A stretch of DNA of 64,000 nucleotides from Paramecium tetraurelia (taxonomy: Eukaryota): assembly GCA_000165425.1 (NCBI GenBank), contig CT868655.1:248001-312000 (forward strand), in the 5' to 3' direction. The translations under genes and the position numbers were made by a program. Shown piece by piece: positions 56,608-64,000 of the stretch. Every line of letters begins with the position of its first letter. Within the stretch, counting starts at the first letter, position 1. The notes below the pieces were generated by a model, which was not told the origin of the DNA, made no database searches, and saw only the letters and a program-made list of their open reading frames with translations.

Positions 56608-57241
56608 ATAAGTATCACTTCTTTGATTTGCTACTCCTGTTTTATCCTCACTTTAGGATTAATTCCAAGAATGTATCTCAATTTTACATTATTAATTTAT
56701 AAAGTATTTAAATATTATTAAAAAAATTATTCCTAAAATTTTATAGAAAATATAATTTTTTCAAGTTTATTTTGTTTCCATGTAACCAGAGCTAAAATTC
56801 TTGTTGTCTACTTATTATTTTTGAAAATATAATCTTCCCTAAAACGCAATTATATCTATTCACTTTATCTTCCTTTAACTATGTGAGCTTATTAGAATTT
56901 AAACAAGTAAGAATGTAGTTGATTAAAGACAGAAATAAATCCTGAAATTTTCATTTTTATTTACATAGCCCAATGTCTAATGCCATACTTTAAACACCTT
57001 ATATATCTAAAAATAAATCACATCCTATTCGTATATATCATGTTGGATCATTATTTTAATTATTAAAATGTTACTTTTTTAAGCAAACAGAAATTTGGAT
57101 AAAAGTGAAACATTATTGATATTTAAATTTTATGCAAATGAGGAATGTTCTAAACATATTGTAAATATCTGTTTAGAAGAATTTATAATAATAGTTGATT
57201 CTTTAATTATTTATTACTAAATTAATTTAATTTATCGTTAA

Positions 57242-57665
57242 ATGTTTGTTTGTTGTGGTAAGAAGAAGAAGGATCGTAAGCATTTATCCTTAGGAAATCT
57301 AAATTAGTTAAATTTAATTTGTTAAGATGGTCTTTATTTCGATAGGAATTTGAAGATAATAACAGAATATAATAAGACTAATGTATATTAATTGTTTATG
57401 TGTAGGTGAGTGAAATAGGGAATAAAGAATGCAAGTATTACTGTCCAATCTGCTTCAAATATTATGATTGTATGGATAATAGATTTAGTTAGGTATGTTA
57501 CGATCAACCTGCTGTTCGAATTATGTTTGTCATATCTGTGCGGTGTAATCTTTAACAAATAAAATGTATAATTGTCATTACTGCCGGAATGAGCATTGCA
57601 AGTACGTGGATGTAGATCCAAATCAATAGTTAAAAGTATATACAGATTCACACTATAAATTATGA
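57242..57665 (+). CDS. Small RING-finger protein
   Basis: MFVCCGKKKK; YCPICFKYYDCMLRSTCCSNYVCHICA...YNCHYCR after two 23-nt introns. Confidence 0.82.
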
Positions 57666-57742
57666 AACACTTATAATAATAATTAATATAAATGAACCAA
57701 AATAAAATTTTAATATGTTATGATATGTGTCTAATGTATTAA

Positions 57743-59468
57743 TCATTCATCAATGGATTTTGAGGCATAATTGATTTCACAATTATAGATTGTTTACAAT
57801 TCCTTATTGCTGAGGGTATCGATAGAGTTTAATTGTTAATAGAATCTAAAAATATAATATTAATCTTATACTAATCTTATGATTTGGAGTCCTTGATGGC
57901 AATTCTTCCTAATTATTTGAACTTGTTTTAAAGAATTCCAGTTAAATCACAATTAGCGTTTCTAGCATGACCAGATGGGAACATAACAAATTGACTATCC
58001 AAATTCTTGCCATCCTTCAACAAGATTTGAACTCTTGTTGGAATACCTTCTGGATATTTATCGTCATATTCTTTTCCTCCGTGTTCGAATTCTGTTAAGG
58101 CCATGAGTTTCTAAGAATAGATATTAATAGTATACTCTTGTATCCTAATTTCTAACAGCTGCATGACTGTAGTCAAATGGTGAAAGGAAGAGAGCTTTCC
58201 AGATTTCATTCAAATCATTGGTGCTTGATAAGAGTTAATGGAATGATTTTTCAGTGAATGCCTTTCTCAACATAGTACCCAAGATGTAAACCATGGAGTG
58301 ATCAGCAGATTGTCTTGTGTGAGGATCTCTTTTAGCTGGATCTCCAATAATTCCGAATGCTGGTTCATAAGCAGTGACTTTAATTTTTTCAATGGAATCA
58401 ATTGAATAGTTTTGAACGAATTTGGTATCCAAAATAAGCTTTTACAATCCTTCCAAAGCACCAGCAGATTGATGTTCATACAAACCTAATTTGAAATGCA
58501 TTCCCATCACTGCATAATCATCTCCACTCAATGAGAGAGTAATATCAAATGGACTATCTCCCTTGGTCTTTTAGAACAATCTGAAAATAGCTTCTGGGTT
58601 ACGGAAGATATCAGCTGGACCAACAAATCCATTCATTGATCTCTACAAACATTTAATGGCTGCTTCAGTAGAAATGGCAGCAGATGCACCCTTAGAATCT
58701 GATAATTGATGTCCTGCTCTGATGGCTCTGAATGGGATGTAATGAGCAACAAACATACCAATGGCTGATTCAATTTAAGCTGGAGTAGCTCCCAACAATG
58801 CTCCATATGTGCAGATTGATGCAATAGCTCCATGAACAACGTGATCTATACAATATTATACGTATATCAATACCAATTTTGTATGTTTTCAATGAAAATA
58901 CTTCAGCTAATCTTCCTCTGATTTCATCACTCAATACCATAGCCTTAAGTGCTGTCTTTCCATCAATGGTTTCGTTTTGTTGAGCTGCAGCAATAACTAC
59001 TGGGTAGTAATCATTGTGACCAAATTCACCTGCTCTTCTTGCTGGACTACTAGCATCATATCCAAACACTGTGCCATTGGAATCCCATTCTCTGACAGCA
59101 GCGGAGTTGGCTACGATTGCATTTGTGGCTGGCACCCATAAGTTGCTTCCGAAAACTTTGGCAAATCCAGGCTTTGGTTTTTGTGGCTGCTCCAGTCTTG
59201 GCTGCCAATTATTTTGGCTTTCTTAACTAATATGTTTATTCAAGTAGACATACGCTAAAATAGTTGGGGCATTTGTCTTCAAAGCCAAAGCACTCACACC
59301 ACAGAAAACTGAATCTGTGTGGAAGAGTCTGCATCTCTCAAGGACTTTCTTACTTGGATTACCATTTTTCATGAATTCTATGGCGTACTCTCCCAACTCT
59401 CTTGCTTGATTCTTGTTGGCTTTTAAGACAACTTGACTGAAGGCACGGCTGATTGTTTGGGTTAACAT
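57743..59468 (-). CDS. prpD: 2-methylcitrate dehydratase (MmgE/PrpD family), mitochondrial presequence
   Basis: MLTQTISRAFS; VREWDSNGT, GHNDYYP, IDHVVHG, RAIRAGHQLSDSKG, FKLGLYEHQSAGA, TRQSADHS, MFPSGHARN. Confidence 0.92.
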
Positions 59469-60604
59469 AAATATCTTTTTTATTTTACTGCAAATTAAAC
59501 TCAATGTCAATTAATATACCACATCAATATGATGAAATTTAATATGACAATTATTCATTTTGATCAATTTATTTACGCAATACGCCATAATTAATTTTAT
59601 ATTAAGCATTATGTGAAAAATCTTGTTCCCCACATTCTCCTCATTTATATCAACACGTCTTACTCTTTCCATAGGTGTAGGACATTAATTATATTAATTA
59701 TGATGTGTAGTGATAGTTAAATCAATAAAATAAGTATACTCGTTAAAAAATCAGAAAATTAGAAACTCTCAAAAATCTAAAACTATTATTGAGTCTTTTT
59801 CAAATATATATTATTTATATGTATATAGATCATTTACTAAAGGTTAATTATTCAACTTAAGTTGATAGAAAAGAACAACTCAAAAGTGTATATTATTATA
59901 AAAATATACTACTTTCCTCCTTTATTCATTGATTTAACCTTAGGACATCATTTTCTAAAGTGATTTCAATTTCCTCCTCATGTAGATTATAAAAATAAGA
60001 TATTTAAAAAAAGTTAAATATCATAATGACTGAATAAAAGATAGAATTATTGGTGATCAAATTATTCCATCATTTAGATTACTTCAAACATCATTTAGCG
60101 TTATCTCTTCTGATTACTCTGCTCTTGAATATTTAAATTTCATTATTTCTAAAAAAAGAATTATTATATTATTACATCTATATCTACTTAAGATTTTAAG
60201 AAGACATTTATAATTATCCCTTGCTGTATAGTTCAGATTGTAGATTTGTGACTAATGATCGACACACCCTTTAAATAACTTCTTCACTTTTTTCTTTAAT
60301 AATATACTGACTAATTTGTTGCTGTAATTTTTCTCTATATCATAGTATGTTTGGGTAAACTTATCATAAATTGAATTGAGAGGACATTAAATACTTAAAG
60401 TCTATAAGTAATTAAGCCTTTATTGATTTCATAAAATAGTGTTATAGGAGTAATGAAATTAGAGAGATGAAAGATTTCTACAATCAAAATTAGTGGAACT
60501 GTGTTGAAAAGTTTATGGATAATTAGAGGGTGAGTATTTTTGAATTTTGGAGGCGTGTAGTATAAAATTAAAATTTTAATATTTTCCACCAAATTCTCAG
60601 GGAT

Positions 60605-62221
60605 ATGTTGATTCTTTGTATTCTGATAAGATTATGTTCTAAGGGGTTGGCGAAGGAGTTTTCGATGTATTAGAATGATGAATAGGTGCTTGATAGTTTT
60701 TCTCAATTTGGAATAATTTTGGGATCAAATATAACCTACGAAAGTGCAACAGATTAACCATGCTACATAATAAATTAAAAGTTAAAGAATAAGCAATCAG
60801 AAGAAATCGTTTTAGTACCCTAATTTAAGGAGGACGTCTTTAGTAATTTTTACAATGATGGATAATTGAATGGAGATATAAATTTTATAGTATAAATTGT
60901 ACAAATTTCCACAGGGGCAATAGTATTGACTAATCAAGGAGAGTTGATTTATTTAAAATTAGTAGAGAATCGGTTTAAATTGGTTGAATCGAAGATGCTA
61001 TCTATTAATAAAGAATAATACCTCAAACCTGTATATATGTAATACATCTAAAAATCGAATGAATTGTTGATAATTTTGAATGGCGAAACCTTGAAGCTAA
61101 AAATGGAATTTGAGAGTGAATCTGTATTTGGTGAGGTTCTGAAGATCTACGATGTCTTTTTAACAGAACAGATAAAGAGCGTAGCATTTATCGAAGACCT
61201 CTTGTTTGTGGCATCGGGAGAATAGGGATTGCATGTTTATTTGGTGAGCAAGAGAGTGTTTGAGTAGATACAATGTACGATCGAATTCAGAAACATTACA
61301 GATTTAAGGGTTTTTTAGGAGAATTCAGTTTACTTTATTTTTGCACTTGATTACGAGACAGGCGTCAAGGTGATCACCTTCAATGCCAAGACCTCATTGT
61401 TCTATGAAAATAAAAAACTAACCAATATTCCATTTAGAGGAGAGATAATTGATTTATACTAAGACGTATTGATGGTGGTGGAGGAGTAGGAAAATGAATC
61501 GATAATTCACGAATTGCAAATTTCATATGCGAATAGCACTTGGAAATTGGTGCATGAGCATTAAGCATAGAAATACATTCAGGATATTGAAATGACAGAG
61601 AATTACGCTATAATTATAGGGAGAAATGGACATGAGATAATCTACCATTCCCTGCCTTCCTATGACATCAAAATTTAGGATAAGATCATTATCCCTGGAT
61701 TATAGAAACTCTTCTTTCTTAATTAGACGGAGTCCAACAACATTCAGATGTTTGGAGTTACTAGGCATAAGTTCTTCACCACGAGATTATAATTGTTTCC
61801 TCAATTCATTAGTTGTTTCTATAGCAATGAAGAAGATGAGATCAGGTTTACCTATCATCAGAACTCAACCAAATGTCCTGGTTCATCTCAAAGTAGACTT
61901 TGCCATTTCAAATAAAACTACACAATACAATTCGTTCATCCTGTTCTTACTTCTGAATAATCAATTTATGTGTATATTACCTGTTTGGGTATTATAGCAA
62001 TCTTTGTAATGGTCTTAGGCTTATTGATCAAAGAATTCAAAAGGTACTAATATTTTGTAAGACTTCACAATTCAAAAGATGTATACCATCAATAAAGCGG
62101 GAGTTAGGCACAACCTACTCACGACATCTATGCTTTAAACTCATTTGATAGTCCATTGAAGGTGAACAAGCATATTTACGTACCTTCCATTCCTGTATAA
62201 AATGACTAAAAGATTGAATGA
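60605..62221 (+). CDS. Type I membrane protein with beta-propeller-like ectodomain (paralog A)
   Basis: Signal peptide MLILCILIRLCSKG; LVIVD-like strands LFVASGEQGLHVY, FALDYETGVKVI; TM VYITCLGIIAIFVMVLGLLI. Confidence 0.8.
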
Positions 62222-62249
62222 AAATATAAAATTAAATAATTTTAATTGC

Positions 62250-63991
62250 ATGCTAATCATTCTCCAACTCTTGGTTTATCAAATCTATTCTGAATCTATC
62301 TATTCTGAATCTATCTAGATTCTAACCAAGCAAGAAGCAATCTTAGATGTCTTCAGTTCATCCGAAGTAATCCTAGAACAACATTTGAATGATTAAAAAT
62401 TATGCCAAATTGTCCCTTAGCAATTGGTGGCTCATGATATTGATGATAACTCAATAACCTTGATTGACAGCTACAAGGATGAAATATTTAGTTAGAACTT
62501 TGAGATTGGCTCCTTTATAGGGAGTATAGGAAGAATTATTAGATTTGTGCAAATCACCAATGGTGTACTGGTGTTATTGGATGATGCAGAATTGAAATAC
62601 TTAAGTTATCGCAATAACTCGTTTCAAGTGAAATCCTCTTTCAAAATAGAAATTGAGAAATTTGCATTGGAAGGCAAGGTATTCTTGGAATATTTCTATT
62701 ACCAATAATAAGTGCTATTGATAGCCAATACCTAAACAATTGCCTTGGATTTGATTTATGACGATGATGATCTGTACATAAAGTAATACAGAATTTATGA
62801 GCAATGGCAAATCTCACACATCAATAGCATTGCAACAGTGGGTAATATTATGATTGTAGCCATGGATACTGGGATAAAGATGTTTGAGTTGAAAGATCAT
62901 ATGTTAAATGAGATATTAATTGCAATTGACTAGATTAATCGTGTTTCTGATATCAAGATCTTCAATCAAAAGAATAATGAGATATACTACATTTATTTGC
63001 TAGATAAGATCTAAGGAATTAATCAATATATATTCAATACGGTTACATAAGAACTTTAACGTAATCTGAATTTGGGTATTATACCTTATCCAGGAGAAAT
63101 CCTTGACATTCATGGCGATATCTTGATGGTTGTGAAGGACTACAATTTATTTGAAATCCATGTCGATTATTATTTGAGTCAATTCACACTTTTTAAATAG
63201 CATTAGTTAGAAACAGAAATAGTAGACATAGAATTGACTGAATAGTTTGCTATTGTAATTGGTAGGAATGGCCATCAAATAGTGTTTCACTCGATTCCAC
63301 CCATTTATTCTTAATTTGAATGGATGAATCAATTAGTCATACCGAATTTGAAACAGCTGAGCATTTTGTCCTTTAATAAAGATACTTAACTCAAAGAGGC
63401 AATTTCTAAGAACATCATCATTGGAATCACATAACATAAATTCTTTTACTCGAAGGTGCAATTGGTAAGCATCTCATTAATTTCTAATAGGAACAATCTT
63501 TCATTTAATGTTACTCAGATGAAGCCACCTCCAAAATCGAATTGCATTATACGCATAAGGCTACGAGATGTAAAACCAATTTGAAAAAGAAGGAATGCAA
63601 CTTAGATAAAAGTTATTAAATCTAATTTGTAGAACCTAAAGAGTTTGGAGGAAATAAGCAAACTTATTTTCTAATTGTATTGCTTTACTTGGCAATATTG
63701 TTACTATTTATTTTATTTATCGCTTCCCTAATTTATCTCTATAAGAAGTACCATGTTGAACCTCAGCCAAAATTCCACTAAAAAATACCTGAAACAACTG
63801 CTTAAAATTTGGGGACTGATCATCCTAACAATTATTAATTGGCAACATAGAACAAGTTTGTCCCTCACTCCAGAGATGATCAAACCCCAATTTCTGAATA
63901 GCGGGATCAGATGAACCAAAAACTTCATAACAATAGACCAGTTACACAAGAGAATTGTGATTAATCTCCTGGCCCTTTTGAAATCGGTTGA
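62250..63991 (+). CDS. Type I membrane protein with beta-propeller-like ectodomain (paralog B)
   Basis: Signal peptide; MIVAMDTGIKMF, YLLDKIQGINQY; shares DIE.TE..AI.IGRNGH.I..HS.P with paralog A; TM helix at ~63665-63740; one intron near 63465. Confidence 0.8.
62283..62317 (+). repeat. In-frame 15-nt tandem duplication
   Basis: ATCTATTCTGAATCT twice plus a partial third copy; encodes IYSES-IYSES after the signal peptide. Confidence 0.9.
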
Positions 63992-64000
63992 ATAAAAATT

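Overview
Very AT-rich, gene-dense eukaryotic DNA from a ciliate macronuclear genome, most consistent with Paramecium (aurelia complex; species not determinable here). TAA/TAG read as Gln and TGA is the only stop (code 6). Genes carry tiny GT..AG introns (about 22-29 nt) and intergenic gaps are often under 50 nt. The supplied ORF track uses the wrong code and ignores introns, so I re-translated by hand. About 37 genes are supported: ankyrin-DHHC palmitoyltransferase, two RING proteins, ZCCHC10-like, divergent TGS1-like methyltransferase, two membrane hybrid histidine kinases, TVP15/COPI-associated protein, a ~2,180-aa giant protein with macroglobulin-like character, cold-shock-domain protein, CDK (PSTTIRE), M14 carboxypeptidase, Rmp1/NEPRO-like, UBTD-like, MORN-repeat, SDR-SCP2 peroxisomal enzyme, proteasome alpha-7, TH1-AGC kinase, MAP3K, putative acylated PP1 regulator, PrpD, two tandem single-pass beta-propeller-like paralogs and several hypotheticals. 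I found no tRNA, rRNA, CRISPR, telomere or transposase. There is no clear operon-like novel system; the best leads are single genes and extreme genome compaction. Family calls rest on motif recognition from memory, not database searches, and long genes were not traced codon by codon throughout.
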